Positions 45,201 through 54,427 of a stretch of 64,000 nt of DNA are shown here, piece after piece (the first letter of the stretch is position 1; each line of letters opens with the position of its first letter). The translations under genes were made by a program, and so were the position numbers. The notes under the pieces were generated by a model, which saw only the letters and a list, made by a program, of their open reading frames with translations, did not search any database and was not told the DNA's origin. This DNA comes from Desulfovibrio sp. (GTDB taxonomy: Bacteria; Desulfobacterota; Desulfovibrionia; Desulfovibrionales; Desulfovibrionaceae), in assembly GCA_050251495.1 (NCBI GenBank), contig JBFWMQ010000007.1, positions 8,214-72,213 of the forward strand. The letters run 5' to 3'.

Positions 45201-47231
45201 CTACGATGCCTTCAAATCGCCGATGAGCTGCCGCAGCTCCCCGGCCATGCGCGCCAGTTCGCCGATGGCGGCGACCGACTGGGTCATGCCCTCGGCGGTC
45301 TCCGAGGCCACGCGGTTCACTTCCTCAATGGCGGAGCTGATCTGCTCGGACACGCCGGACTGCTCTTCCGCCGCGCCGGCTATGCCCTGGACCTGCTCGG
45401 CGTTGCTTCTGGAGATGACCACGATCTCCTCAAGGGCCTGGGCGGACTCGTTGGAGTGGCTGGTGGCCTCGCCGATGGCCTGGGCCACGTTGTCCATGCT
45501 GCCGATGTTCTTGCGGCTGGACTCCTGGATGGCGCGGATGTTCTCGCCCACTTCCTTGGTGGCGCCCATGGTCTTCTCGGCCAGCTTGCGCACCTCGTCG
45601 GCCACCACGGCGAAGCCACGGCCCGCGTCTCCGGCCCGGGCGGCCTCGATGGCGGCGTTGAGCGCCAGCAGGTTGGTCTGGTCGGCGATGTCGTTGATGA
45701 CGTTCATGACCTGGCCGATGGCCTGGGCCTGGGCGCCCAACTGCTCCATGTTCTCCTTGAGCTGCACGGCGATTGCGTTCACGTGGCCGATGGCCTGCTG
45801 GGAGCGGCGCACCACGTCGGAACCGCCAGCGGCCTTGGTCTTGGCGTTGTCCGCGGAGGAGGCGACCTCGCCCGCCTGGCGCGCCACGGAGATGACCGAG
45901 GCGTTCATCTGCTCCATGGCGGAGGCGGTCTCGGCCACGCGGTCGCGCTGGAGGTCCATGCCCCGGCTCATAAGCTCCACCTGCTGGGAGAGCTCCTCGG
46001 AGCTGGAGGTGATGCGCTCGACGATCTCCTCAAGCTTGTTCGCCGCGTCGAGCATGCCCTCGCGCTTGGCGCTCTCGGCCTGCTGCTTGGCGTCCAGGGC
46101 CTCCTGGGTGGCCACCTGGGCCTCCTGAGCCTTGGCATCGGCGGCCCTGGTGCTTGCCTCGGCCTCCTGGATCTTGACCTTGAGGTTGGCGGTCATGGTG
46201 CGCAGGGCCTCGGCCAGGGTGTGCGTCTCGTCGTTGGAGGTCACGGTCAGGTCGGCGTCCAGGTTGCCCTGGGCGGCGTTGCGCGCGTACTCGATGGTCT
46301 GCAGGATGGGCCGGACAAGGGCCTTGGAGAAGAGGTAGCCCGCAATGAGCATGAGCAGGCCCACGATGACCGTGGAGCCGAGGCTGGACATCTGCGTCTT
46401 GCTCAGCACGAGTTCAATGAAGGCGCGCTTCTGACCGATGAAGAACATGCCCACGGTCTTGCCGTTGATGTCCAAGAGAGGCCAGTAGACCGTGTTGTAT
46501 TCCTCGCCAAGGATCTTGTTGTGGCCATTGAAGCGCTGCCCCTTCTGAAGCACGGCCTCGAGCACGGCGGGATTGTCCATCTTTGTGCCCACGGCGCGCT
46601 TGCCGTCCGGCTTGACGATGGAGGTGGAAATGCGCGTATCGCCCTGGAACAGCGTGCACTCAAGGTCCAGCTTCTTCTTGATGTCATCCACGAAGCGTTC
46701 GCTGGAAAGGGTGAAGCCCGGGGTGATGACGCCCACGACCACGCCGTCCTTCTTGACCGGATAGCCGGCGCGCAGGGAGAACTTCACGATGGTCCCCTGC
46801 TCCACGCCAACCACGATCTCGCCCTTGAGGGCCCTCTGCACGTTGATCTGGTTGGCCACGCTGTCGCCCGACTTGTCGGAATGGCCGCGCGCGATGCACT
46901 TGCCCTCCCGGTCGGAGATGGTGATGGACTCCAAACCGGTCTCGGCCATGACCCCTTTCGCGTATTCCTGCAGCCAGGGCGTGTCGCCTTGGGCGATGCG
47001 GTCGGCCACCTGCGGATTCGCGGCCATGAGGGAGGCGTCGGCGATGAGGGTCTTCTTTTGGGCCTCGAACTCGCTGCTGACGAGGTCTGCGCGCTTGCCG
47101 ACATCCTTGATGTTCTGTTCGTCCAGGGTGGTGGAGAGGAAATAGCGGTTCGCGGCGTAGTTTCCGCCGCCCACCAGAATCACGGCGAGAAAGACCAAGC
47201 CCGTAATCTTCTTCAGCAAAGTAACGCGCAT
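45201..47231 (-). CDS. Methyl-accepting chemotaxis protein (Cache sensor, HAMP)
   Basis: Two TMs; signalling core [41 protein letters not shown]; AAGGAGG RBS. Confidence 0.95.
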   Translation of the reverse strand: MRVTLLKKITGLVFLAVILVGGGNYAANRYFLSTTLDEQNIKDVGKRADLVSSEFEAQKKTLIADASLMAANPQVADRIAQGDTPWLQEYAKGVMAETGLESITISDREGKCIARGHSDKSGDSVANQINVQRALKGEIVVGVEQGTIVKFSLRAGYPVKKDGVVVGVITPGFTLSSERFVDDIKKKLDLECTLFQGDTRISTSIVKPDGKRAVGTKMDNPAVLEAVLQKGQRFNGHNKILGEEYNTVYWPLLDINGKTVGMFFIGQKRAFIELVLSKTQMSSLGSTVIVGLLMLIAGYLFSKALVRPILQTIEYARNAAQGNLDADLTVTSNDETHTLAEALRTMTANLKVKIQEAEASTRAADAKAQEAQVATQEALDAKQQAESAKREGMLDAANKLEEIVERITSSSEELSQQVELMSRGMDLQRDRVAETASAMEQMNASVISVARQAGEVASSADNAKTKAAGGSDVVRRSQQAIGHVNAIAVQLKENMEQLGAQAQAIGQVMNVINDIADQTNLLALNAAIEAARAGDAGRGFAVVADEVRKLAEKTMGATKEVGENIRAIQESSRKNIGSMDNVAQAIGEATSHSNESAQALEEIVVISRSNAEQVQGIAGAAEEQSGVSEQISSAIEEVNRVASETAEGMTQSVAAIGELARMAGELRQLIGDLKAS

Positions 47232-47326
47232 AAGGCCTCCTTCAAAAAAAAGGGGGGGGAAGAACAGAACAAGCACCCAATCGGTTCAGCTTCGTGGCCC
47301 AGTTCCAAGAGCGCCCGCGCTCCTGA

Positions 47327-47342
47327 CGCAAGGCGCGCGCCG
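47327..47342 (-). promoter_or_regulatory. Candidate sigma-54 promoter for the MCP gene
   Basis: Minus strand CGGCGCGCGCCTTGCG (GG-N10-GC with TTGC), about 95 nt upstream of the ATG, with an AT-rich region further upstream. Confidence 0.4.
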
Positions 47343-47539
47343 AATGCCTGGCGCGCACAGACGCCTCACCAGATATCATGGAGCAATATCGGACAAATTA
47401 CTACAAGGCACTAGGTATTGGAACTGTAAAAGATTGGCACAAGGCAAATTACGTAGTCAACGGGTTCGTATCTAGTGAAATATTGCACAAATTGCGGCGG
47501 CAAATATGCACCCTCCTACGGAGAGGGAGCGCTCGCCCG

Positions 47540-48970
47540 CTACTCCTCGCCCTGGTCCTTGCCGGGAATCTGGATGTTGTATTTCTTGATCTTGTAGTGG
47601 ATGGCGCGTCGGCTGATGCCGAGCAGGTCCGCGGCGTTCTTCTTGACCCAGGCGGCGCGCTCCAGGGCACGGATGATGGCCTGGTGCTCGTTCTCCTCCA
47701 GGGACAGCGCATCCGGTCCAGAGGCGGCGTGGCCCGGCGCAACGGGCTCCGGCGCGTCCTGATGCAGGCTCTGGGCCTGCTCCAGCTGGATATCGCGCGG
47801 TTCAAGGGCCTGGCCCTGGCAGAACACCACCCCGCTCTCAAGGGCGTGCTTCAATTCGCGCACGTTGCCCGGCCAACTGTGCGCCATGAGCAGGCGCAGG
47901 GTCTCCGCCGAGGCCGCGACCCTGGGCCGGTTCTGGGCGGCGCTGAAGGTCTCCAGAAAACGCTCGGCCAAAAGCGGGATATCCTCCTTGCGCTCGCGCA
48001 GGGGGGGCACCTTGAGCGTCACCACCTTGAGGCGGAAGTACAAGTCTTCCCGGAACTCCCCCTTCTTGACCAGGGCGGGAAGGTCGGCGTTGGTGGCGGC
48101 GATGACCCGGCAGTTGACGGGAATGGCCCGGGTGTCGCCCACGCGCCGGATGGTGCGCTCCTGCAGGAAGCGCAACAGCCGCGTCTGCATCTCCGGGCTG
48201 ATGTTGCCGATTTCGTCCAGGAACAGGGTGCCGCCCTCGGCCTCCTCCATGAGCCCCTTCTTGTCGCGCACGGCGTGGGTGAAGGAACCCTTCACGTGGC
48301 CGAACAGCTCGCTCTCAAGCAGGGTGGGCTGGGTGGAGCCGCAGTCCACGATGACGAATGGCCCCTTGGCGCGCGGCGAAAGGTCATGGAGCATCCGCGC
48401 CACCATTTCCTTGCCCGTGCCGGATTCGCCCATGATGAGCACGGCCACGTCTGTTGGGGCCACCCGCTCGAGCAGGGCGTAGAAATCGCGCATCACCGGG
48501 CTTTTGCCGCCCCAGATGACGTCGGAAATATGCTTGCCCTTGCCCGCGTGGGGCTTGCCGTTCTTGTCGGCCTTGGCGGCCGCGTCCTGGGTGCGGCCCA
48601 GCAGGGCGGTGATCTTCGAGAGCAGCTGATGCCCGTCGAAGGGCTTGGTGAGGTAGTCGGCGGCGCCGGAGCGGATGGTCGAAACGGCGTCGGGGATGCT
48701 GCCGTAGGCGGTGAGCAGGATGACGGGAATGTGCGGCCACTGGACGAGAATCTCGTGCAGAAGCCCCACGCCGCCCATGCCGGGCATCTTCACGTCCGAA
48801 ACCACCAGGTCCACGGGGTGCCGGGCCAGGAGCTCGACGGCCTCCTCCGCGCTGCGGGCGGAGAGGGTCTTGTAGTGGGCGAAGGAAAGCCGCGCTTCCA
48901 GAACCTGCAGGATGTTCTTGTCGTCATCCACCACAAGGATGGTGGCGTTCTCGGGTTTGCGGCCTTCCAT
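47540..48970 (-). CDS. Sigma-54-dependent response regulator (NtrC family, GlrR-like)
   Basis: Receiver domain (VVDDD, SDVKMP); Walker A GESGTGKE; ESELFGHVKGSFTHA; FLDEIG; WPGNVREL; HTH LGISRRAIHYKIKKY. Confidence 0.93.
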   Translation of the reverse strand: MEGRKPENATILVVDDDKNILQVLEARLSFAHYKTLSARSAEEAVELLARHPVDLVVSDVKMPGMGGVGLLHEILVQWPHIPVILLTAYGSIPDAVSTIRSGAADYLTKPFDGHQLLSKITALLGRTQDAAAKADKNGKPHAGKGKHISDVIWGGKSPVMRDFYALLERVAPTDVAVLIMGESGTGKEMVARMLHDLSPRAKGPFVIVDCGSTQPTLLESELFGHVKGSFTHAVRDKKGLMEEAEGGTLFLDEIGNISPEMQTRLLRFLQERTIRRVGDTRAIPVNCRVIAATNADLPALVKKGEFREDLYFRLKVVTLKVPPLRERKEDIPLLAERFLETFSAAQNRPRVAASAETLRLLMAHSWPGNVRELKHALESGVVFCQGQALEPRDIQLEQAQSLHQDAPEPVAPGHAASGPDALSLEENEHQAIIRALERAAWVKKNAADLLGISRRAIHYKIKKYNIQIPGKDQGEE

Positions 48971-48978
48971 GCGCGGCG

Positions 48979-49632
48979 CTACTCCAAGCCCTTCTTCTTC
49001 ATGGTGATCTCCTTGTGCAGGCGCTCCAGCGCGTTCAACTGGCTGCGCAAGGCCTCGGCCTCCGCCGTCTTCTTGCGCAGAGCATCCTTCACCTTGCCCA
49101 TCTCCTCCTGGTAGCTGGCCAGGCGCTTGATGCGCCTCAACTCGCGGTCGATCTCCTCATCGGAGAGCAGGGCGGGGCCGCCAGCGCCCTGAAAAGGGGT
49201 CAGCCGGGGCAGAAGCGGGGTCACCAGGCGCGGGTCCTCGGAGGGCAAGCCCTCCGGGGTCATCTGCACCCAGGTGTTCCAGAGGTTCAGGCCGTCGTGC
49301 AGCTCCTCCGGGGTGCGGGCCGTGGCCAGCCGCGCGCAGGCGAGGCCGTAGTAGGCCTTGCGCGCGACGAAGGGGTCGTGCACCTCACCCGAGAGGCGCT
49401 GGAAGATGGAGGCGGCCTTCTCGTACTGCCCGGCCAGATACGAATCCACGGCCAAGGCATAGGCAGCGCGCGGGTCCTGGACCGGAGGGCCGACCTCCGC
49501 GCCGTTGGTCAGGGCGCACCCGCAAAGCGCCAGGGCGCCGAACATCAAAAAGGAGCGCGCCGAACAGGCCGCCAGGGCGGCCCAGCCCGCGCGTGCGCTC
49601 CGTGGCTGCGGAGAGTGCTGCGTCATGGTCAT
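48979..49632 (-). CDS. Lipoprotein with TPR-like helices and a C-terminal coiled coil (QseG-like position)
   Basis: Lipobox ALCG-C; Y..AV..YLAGQYEKA..IF...AYYGLA; C-terminal LRSQLNALERLHKEI; lies between the kinase and regulator genes. Confidence 0.7.
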   Translation of the reverse strand: MTMTQHSPQPRSARAGWAALAACSARSFLMFGALALCGCALTNGAEVGPPVQDPRAAYALAVDSYLAGQYEKAASIFQRLSGEVHDPFVARKAYYGLACARLATARTPEELHDGLNLWNTWVQMTPEGLPSEDPRLVTPLLPRLTPFQGAGGPALLSDEEIDRELRRIKRLASYQEEMGKVKDALRKKTAEAEALRSQLNALERLHKEITMKKKGLE

Positions 49633-49635
49633 TTT

Positions 49636-51081
49636 CTATACCATCGTCCTGGGCTTGGGAAGGGAAAAGCAGAAGCTCGCCCCGCAGCCCGGCGCGCTGT
49701 TCAGCCACAGGGTTCCGCCGTGGGCCTCCACGATGCCGCGCGCGATGGACAGGCCCAGGCCCAGGCCGTCCACGCTGCCGCGCACGGCCGGCTCGCGGTA
49801 ATACTTGAGAAAGATGCGCTCCTGCTCCTCCGGCGCAATGCCGGGGCCTTCATCCACCACGCAGAAGATGACGAACTTGCCCGCAGGCTCCGGAGTGACG
49901 CTCAGGCGCACCACCGACCCCGGCGGGGAAAACTTGACCGCGTTGCCCATCAGGTTCACCAGCACCTGGGTGATGTGCTCCTGGTCGGCCTCGACGAACA
50001 CGAAGTCCTCCGGCAGTTCGGCCTTGAGCTCGATGTCCTTGGCCAGGGCCGAGGACTGCAGCCTGTCCAGGGCCTGCCGCGCCAGGGCGGCCGCGTCCAG
50101 GGGCTCGGTGGCGAGCTTCAACCGCTGGGCCTCCAGGCTCGACACCTTCATCAGCCGCTCCAGCAGGTTCGTCAGCCGCAGGGCCTCCTGGCGGGAGATG
50201 TCCAGAAAGTGCCGCTGTTTTTCGTTCACTTCGCCGAACACCCCGTCGGCCACCAGGGCCACGGATTCGCGGATGCTGGTGAGCGGGGTGCGTATCTCGT
50301 GGGAGAGCATGGCGATGAAGTCCTGGCGCATCTTCTCTTCCTCGGTCAGGCGCGCGGTCATGCTGTTGAAGGCCTGGGCCAGCTCGCCCAGTTCGTCGTG
50401 GGTGGCCACGCGCACGGGCCGGGCGGGCTCGCCGCTGCCCAGCTCGCGGATGCCCCGGCGTATCTCGGAGAGGGAGAGGTTCAGGCGGTAGGCGATGAAC
50501 ACGCTGCCCAGCACGCCGAAGCCGATGCTGGCCATGAGGCCGAAGAAGCCCAGGCGCTCCGCCGCGCGGCTCTTGGCGGCAAGTTCGTTCAGGCGCGTCT
50601 CCATCTCCTGCTGGTTCTGCTCGCGCGCTTCGGAGAGGAGGTCCAGCCAGCTCGTCACGATCCTGTCCGGCAGCACCTTGGGGCCGGTGTCGCGGCTGCG
50701 GGCCAAAAGCGCGCCATATTCGCGCGTCAGAAGCGCCCAGCGCGCCCGGTACTCCGGATGGCGCTCCAGCACGGCGGTCAACGTGCTGCCGAAGTCCACA
50801 AGATCGGAGACAAAGGCCTCCATGTAGACGTCCTTCTGCAGGATCTCATAGCGCTTGCGGTTCTCCTCCAGGGAGAGCAGCTGCTGGATCATGCGCTGGG
50901 CCGAGAGGTCCATGTCGTAGTTGACGTTGACGATGGCCGAGGAGACCTCAACCAGGTTCTGGATGCGCAGGATGAGCACGCTGGTGGTGGCATAGAAGAT
51001 GCCCACCAGAACCATGCACCAGATGAGCAGTTTTCCGGTGATTCCGAGCCGCCTGGGAGTCTGTCTGTCCACGCCGCGCAT
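49636..51081 (-). CDS. Sensor histidine kinase (GlrK / QseE-like)
   Basis: Two TMs, helical periplasmic domain, HAMP DELGELAQAFNSM, SHEIRTPL, NLMGNAVKFS, DEGPGI and GLGLGLSI. Confidence 0.92.
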   Translation of the reverse strand: MRGVDRQTPRRLGITGKLLIWCMVLVGIFYATTSVLILRIQNLVEVSSAIVNVNYDMDLSAQRMIQQLLSLEENRKRYEILQKDVYMEAFVSDLVDFGSTLTAVLERHPEYRARWALLTREYGALLARSRDTGPKVLPDRIVTSWLDLLSEAREQNQQEMETRLNELAAKSRAAERLGFFGLMASIGFGVLGSVFIAYRLNLSLSEIRRGIRELGSGEPARPVRVATHDELGELAQAFNSMTARLTEEEKMRQDFIAMLSHEIRTPLTSIRESVALVADGVFGEVNEKQRHFLDISRQEALRLTNLLERLMKVSSLEAQRLKLATEPLDAAALARQALDRLQSSALAKDIELKAELPEDFVFVEADQEHITQVLVNLMGNAVKFSPPGSVVRLSVTPEPAGKFVIFCVVDEGPGIAPEEQERIFLKYYREPAVRGSVDGLGLGLSIARGIVEAHGGTLWLNSAPGCGASFCFSLPKPRTMV

Positions 51082-51140
51082 CCTTGTGCCGAGATATGTT
51101 CCTGCCCTACGCCACTTTACGGCGCTGGTCCATGCCCGGG

Positions 51141-52274
51141 CTACTGGCCGGGCGCGACAGCGGGCAGCAGATCCACCACCAGGATGTCCGGCGGGGCCAG
51201 CACGCGCAAAGGCGGCCCCCAGAAGCCTGCGCCCGCGCTCACGCCCAGCATCTGGCCGCCCTGCTCGTAAAAGCCGCCCATGAACTCATGGTACGTGGAG
51301 ACCACCAGATAGAACGGGAACACCTGTCCCTTGTGGGTGTGGCCGGAGAGCGTCAGCTCGATGCCCAGGGGCAGCGCGGCCTCGCGCCAGGCCAGGGGGC
51401 GGTGGTTCAAGAGCACGCGGAAGAGCGTGGGGTCCAGCTCCGGCTCGAGTGAGCGGATCTCCCGCGCGATGACGCCGGGAAGATCCGGCGCGCGGCCCGG
51501 GTCGACCACGCCCAGAAGCTGCACCCCGGCCTCGGGCAGGCTGAAGCTCTCGTTGCACAGAAGCCGCGCTCCGGCCCACTCAAACACGCGGGCGCTCCTG
51601 CCATCGCCCTCGTAGCGCTCGTGGTTGCCGAACACCCCGAACGCGCCCAGCCGGGGCTCCACGGCCTTGAACTTCGCGGCCAGCCGTTCCAGCGAGGCGG
51701 GATGGTCGTTCACCAGGTCGCCCACCAGCAGCAGCAGATCCGGCTTCTGGGCGCGGATGAGCGCCACCAGGGCGTCCAACCGGGCCTCGGTGCTCATGAC
51801 CCCCAGGTGCAGGTCGGTGACCGCCACGAGCCGCACGGGCTGGCGCACCTTGGCCGAGACGATCTGGCGCGAATGGACGCGCAGGTTGTCCAGTTCGTAC
51901 GTGCCGTAGGCCACGACAACAAAGGTGAGGGCAAAGGCCAGACAGAGCGCGCGCGGCGAGAGGAAAAACGGCACAAAGCGCCGCGCGAACAGGCGCGCGC
52001 CCAGCTCGGCGAACAGCAGGCAGACCTGGAACAGGAACAGGTATGAGACCACGGCAAAGGTGCCGTAGCCGGTCCACCACATGGCCCGCGAAAGGCTGAG
52101 GGACCAGGAGTCGGGCATGGCCCGCGTGGAGGCGAGCAGCAGGCTCATGACCAGGCCGATGCACATAAGCACCAGCGAGGCGTGGTGCGCCACGCCCACC
52201 TGACGGCGCGCCTGCACCAGGGACACGGCCAGCATGACCATGAAGATGACGGTGAAGACGAGATAGAAGCGCAT
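51141..52274 (-). CDS. Membrane-anchored metallophosphoesterase (YkuE / YaeI-like)
   Basis: Four N-terminal TMs; TDLHLG, VGDLVN, GNHE, LLNH, SGHTHKGQ and SAGAGFWGPPLR. Confidence 0.92.
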   Translation of the reverse strand: MRFYLVFTVIFMVMLAVSLVQARRQVGVAHHASLVLMCIGLVMSLLLASTRAMPDSWSLSLSRAMWWTGYGTFAVVSYLFLFQVCLLFAELGARLFARRFVPFFLSPRALCLAFALTFVVVAYGTYELDNLRVHSRQIVSAKVRQPVRLVAVTDLHLGVMSTEARLDALVALIRAQKPDLLLLVGDLVNDHPASLERLAAKFKAVEPRLGAFGVFGNHERYEGDGRSARVFEWAGARLLCNESFSLPEAGVQLLGVVDPGRAPDLPGVIAREIRSLEPELDPTLFRVLLNHRPLAWREAALPLGIELTLSGHTHKGQVFPFYLVVSTYHEFMGGFYEQGGQMLGVSAGAGFWGPPLRVLAPPDILVVDLLPAVAPGQ

Positions 52275-52310
52275 GGGGGCTCCGGCGTTGAGGGGGAGGC
52301 GCGCCACAGG

Positions 52311-52325
52311 GCAAACCGCTGGCCA
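52311..52325 (-). promoter_or_regulatory. Sigma-54 promoter for the metallophosphoesterase-kinase-lipoprotein-regulator operon
   Basis: Minus strand TGGCCAGCGGTTTGC (TGGC..G....TTGC), 37 nt upstream of ATG 52274. Confidence 0.55.
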
Positions 52326-52438
52326 CACTAGAAGCGGCGAGGCCCTTCCGTCAAGACGGGACAAAACCGCCTGCCGGGCCTTTACTCCGCCCCCCGGCCT
52401 GGGGCATGATGTCCGCAATCACCCGCCACGGAGGCCCC

Positions 52439-52684
52439 ATGCGTCAACTCTATCTCGTGTACCGCGTCATGCCCGACGGCGACCGCCACCCGGAAACCAT
52501 CATGGCCATGGACGAGGCCGACCTCAAAAAGGCCAGCAAGACCCTGGACGCGCTCATCCAGGACGATGCGCCGGAGCAGGCCCTGCGCCAGGGCGAACGC
52601 TGGGAGTTCGTGCCCCAGGACCTGGCCCCGCTGGCGGACTGGCAGGAGATCGCCCCGCCCGACGCCCGCTCGCTGCCTTACTAG
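52439..52684 (+). CDS. Small acidic hypothetical protein (81 aa)
   Basis: GGAGG RBS before ATG 52439; GC3-rich codons. Confidence 0.7.
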   Translation: MRQLYLVYRVMPDGDRHPETIMAMDEADLKKASKTLDALIQDDAPEQALRQGERWEFVPQDLAPLADWQEIAPPDARSLPY

Positions 52685-52765
52685 ACTTCCATGCAAAACG
52701 CCGGGGCAGGGTTCTCCCCGCGCCCCGGCGTCGGCAAAATTCATGCGCGAATGGAGCCGCCGGAA

Positions 52766-53992
52766 CTAGCCGACCGGGCTCCTGCGGGCCGAAAGCGCCG
52801 CGTTGGCCAGCACCCCGCCCACAAGGCCCCAAAAGGCCGAGCCCACGCCGAACACGGAAACGCCGGACACGGTCAGCAAGAACGTCACCAGGGCGGCCTC
52901 GCGCCGGGCCTCGTCGGCCATGGCCTGGGTGAGCCCGTTCTGCAGCGCGCCAAACAGCGCCAGCCCGGAGATGGCCGCGATGAGCCCCGGCGGCAGCGCG
53001 GTGAACAGCCCCACCAGCGTGGCCCCGAACAGCCCCACCACCAGATACGCCAGCCCGCAGACCACCCCGGCCACGTAGCGCTTGTCCGGGTCGCCGTGGG
53101 CCTCCGGCCCGGTGCAGATGGCCGCGGTGATGGCCGCCAGGTTGATGCCGTGCGAGCCGAAGGGCGCGAGCAGCATGGACAGCGCGCCCGTGGCCGCCAC
53201 CAGCGGCCCGCCCGGGGTTTTGTAGCCAGCCGTGCGCAGCACGCCCAGGCCGGTGGCGTTCTGCCCGGTCATGGTGACGAGAAACAGCGGCACCCCAAGG
53301 CCGATGAGCGCGCCCAGGCTGAACACCGGGGCGGTGAGCTCGGGCCGGGCGATGCTCGCCTCGACAAGGGAGAAGTCGAGCAGCCCCAGGAGGCCCGCGG
53401 CAGCAAGCCCGGCCAGCAGCGTGGCTACGATGGCGTAGCGCGGCCAGAGCCGCTTCATGGCGATGTAGCAGACCAGCATGGGCGCCACCAGAAGCGGCGT
53501 GGCGCGCATGGCCGTGAACACCTCCACCCCGAAGCGGAACAGGATGCCCGCCAGCATGGCGGCCACCACGGCCTGGGGGATGCGCTCCATGAGCGCGCCG
53601 AAGAGCCCGGTGGCCCCGAACACGGTGATGGCGACCGCCGCGAAGACAAAGGCCCCGATGGCTTCCGGGTACGGGTATGCGGCCCAGCCTGCGGCCAAGA
53701 GCGCCGCGCCCGGCGTGGACCAGGCGATGATCACCGGCGCGCGATAGGCCAGGCTCAAGATCACCCCGGCCAGGCCGGAGCCGATGGAGATGGCCCAGAT
53801 CCAGCTGGTGAGCTGGTCCGCCGAGAGCCCGGCAAGGCTGGCGGCCTGGAAGATGATGGCGGCGGGTCCGCCATAGGAAACCATCACCGCGATGACCCCG
53901 GCCACGGAGGCGGACAGGGAGAAGTCGCGCTTCAGGTCGCCCAGGCTCGCGGCCTGGGACAGGACAAGGGTTCTGGGGGCAGGGTCACGCAT
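52766..53992 (-). CDS. BenE-family (benzoate/H+ symporter-like) transporter
   Basis: About 11-12 TMs; AWSTPGAALL, VAAMLAGIL, LF.VTM.GQN..G, INLAAITAAIC.GPEAH.DP..RY.AG and FLLTVSG...FG.GSAFWG. Start MRDPAP with a GGAGG RBS. Confidence 0.92.
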   Translation of the reverse strand: MRDPAPRTLVLSQAASLGDLKRDFSLSASVAGVIAVMVSYGGPAAIIFQAASLAGLSADQLTSWIWAISIGSGLAGVILSLAYRAPVIIAWSTPGAALLAAGWAAYPYPEAIGAFVFAAVAITVFGATGLFGALMERIPQAVVAAMLAGILFRFGVEVFTAMRATPLLVAPMLVCYIAMKRLWPRYAIVATLLAGLAAAGLLGLLDFSLVEASIARPELTAPVFSLGALIGLGVPLFLVTMTGQNATGLGVLRTAGYKTPGGPLVAATGALSMLLAPFGSHGINLAAITAAICTGPEAHGDPDKRYVAGVVCGLAYLVVGLFGATLVGLFTALPPGLIAAISGLALFGALQNGLTQAMADEARREAALVTFLLTVSGVSVFGVGSAFWGLVGGVLANAALSARRSPVG

Positions 53993-54080
53993 GGGCGCCT
54001 CCGAGGGGGCCTTCCGCCGGTTGTCGGCTGGAAGGGTGTCGGTGGTACATCCCCGCGCTTCCGGGGAAGCGGAGGATGCA

Positions 54081-54155
54081 GCCCAGGCGAGCGGCAGGAA
54101 AGGGGTGTTCGCGCTCCCTCGTGGTAAGCTCCACGCTTGTTCGCCAGTCACGCGG
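54081..54155 (-). ncRNA. ZMP/ZTP riboswitch (pfl RNA)
   Basis: Minus strand CGCGTGACTGGCGAACAAGCGTGGAGCTTACCACGAGGGAGCGCG-linker-GCCGCTCGCCTGGGC. All hallmark elements are present: GACUGGCG, P2 GUGG/CCAC, GGAGC closing P1, and 3' GCCG..CGCCUGGGC forming the pseudoknot with GGCG. Confidence 0.93.
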
Positions 54156-54197
54156 CCCCGGTATGGGAAAGCCTTTACCCCCGGCGCGGGCCAGGCG

Positions 54198-54416
54198 TCA
54201 AGACGGCTTTGGCCGCCTGAGCAGTACGCTGTCCACAACCCGGCGGACATCGGAAAGGCATCAACGCCCGCTTGGGTTCATCTGCGCGCACTGGCAGCCG
54301 CCCGTCCGCTTCGCGGCCAAAATGGCCTCAAGAATCAGTGAGCGGCCATGCTCCCGCGCGTCCCGCTCTATGTCGGCCCTGGTGTGGCCGAAGCAGTGAC
54401 AGATCATCTCGCCCAT
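54198..54416 (-). CDS. 72-aa Cys-rich BFD-like / CopZ-N-terminal-like putative [2Fe-2S] selenoprotein (TGA at 54261-54263)
   Basis: MGEMICHCFGHTRADIERDAREHGRSLILEAILAAKRTGGCQCAQMNPSGR-U-CLSDVRRVVDSVLLRRPKPS; GGAGGGG RBS; not in the ORF track. Confidence 0.8.
54230..54249 (-). promoter_or_regulatory. Bacterial SECIS-like hairpin
   Basis: TGTCCGC-CGGGTT-GTGGACA (7-bp stem, G-containing loop) starting exactly 11 nt after the in-frame TGA. Confidence 0.7.
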
Positions 54417-54427
54417 GCGCCCCTCCG

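Noticed and set aside
47435-47450. TGGCAC as a plus-strand sigma-54 -24 box
   Set aside because: There is no GC at the -12 position (it reads AT) and no plus-strand gene follows.
52303-52345. CACAGGGCAAACC resembling a c-di-GMP-I riboswitch
   Set aside because: It lacks the GNRA-capped stem and the GACGCAAAGCC segment; the same bases are better explained as the reverse complement of a sigma-54 promoter.
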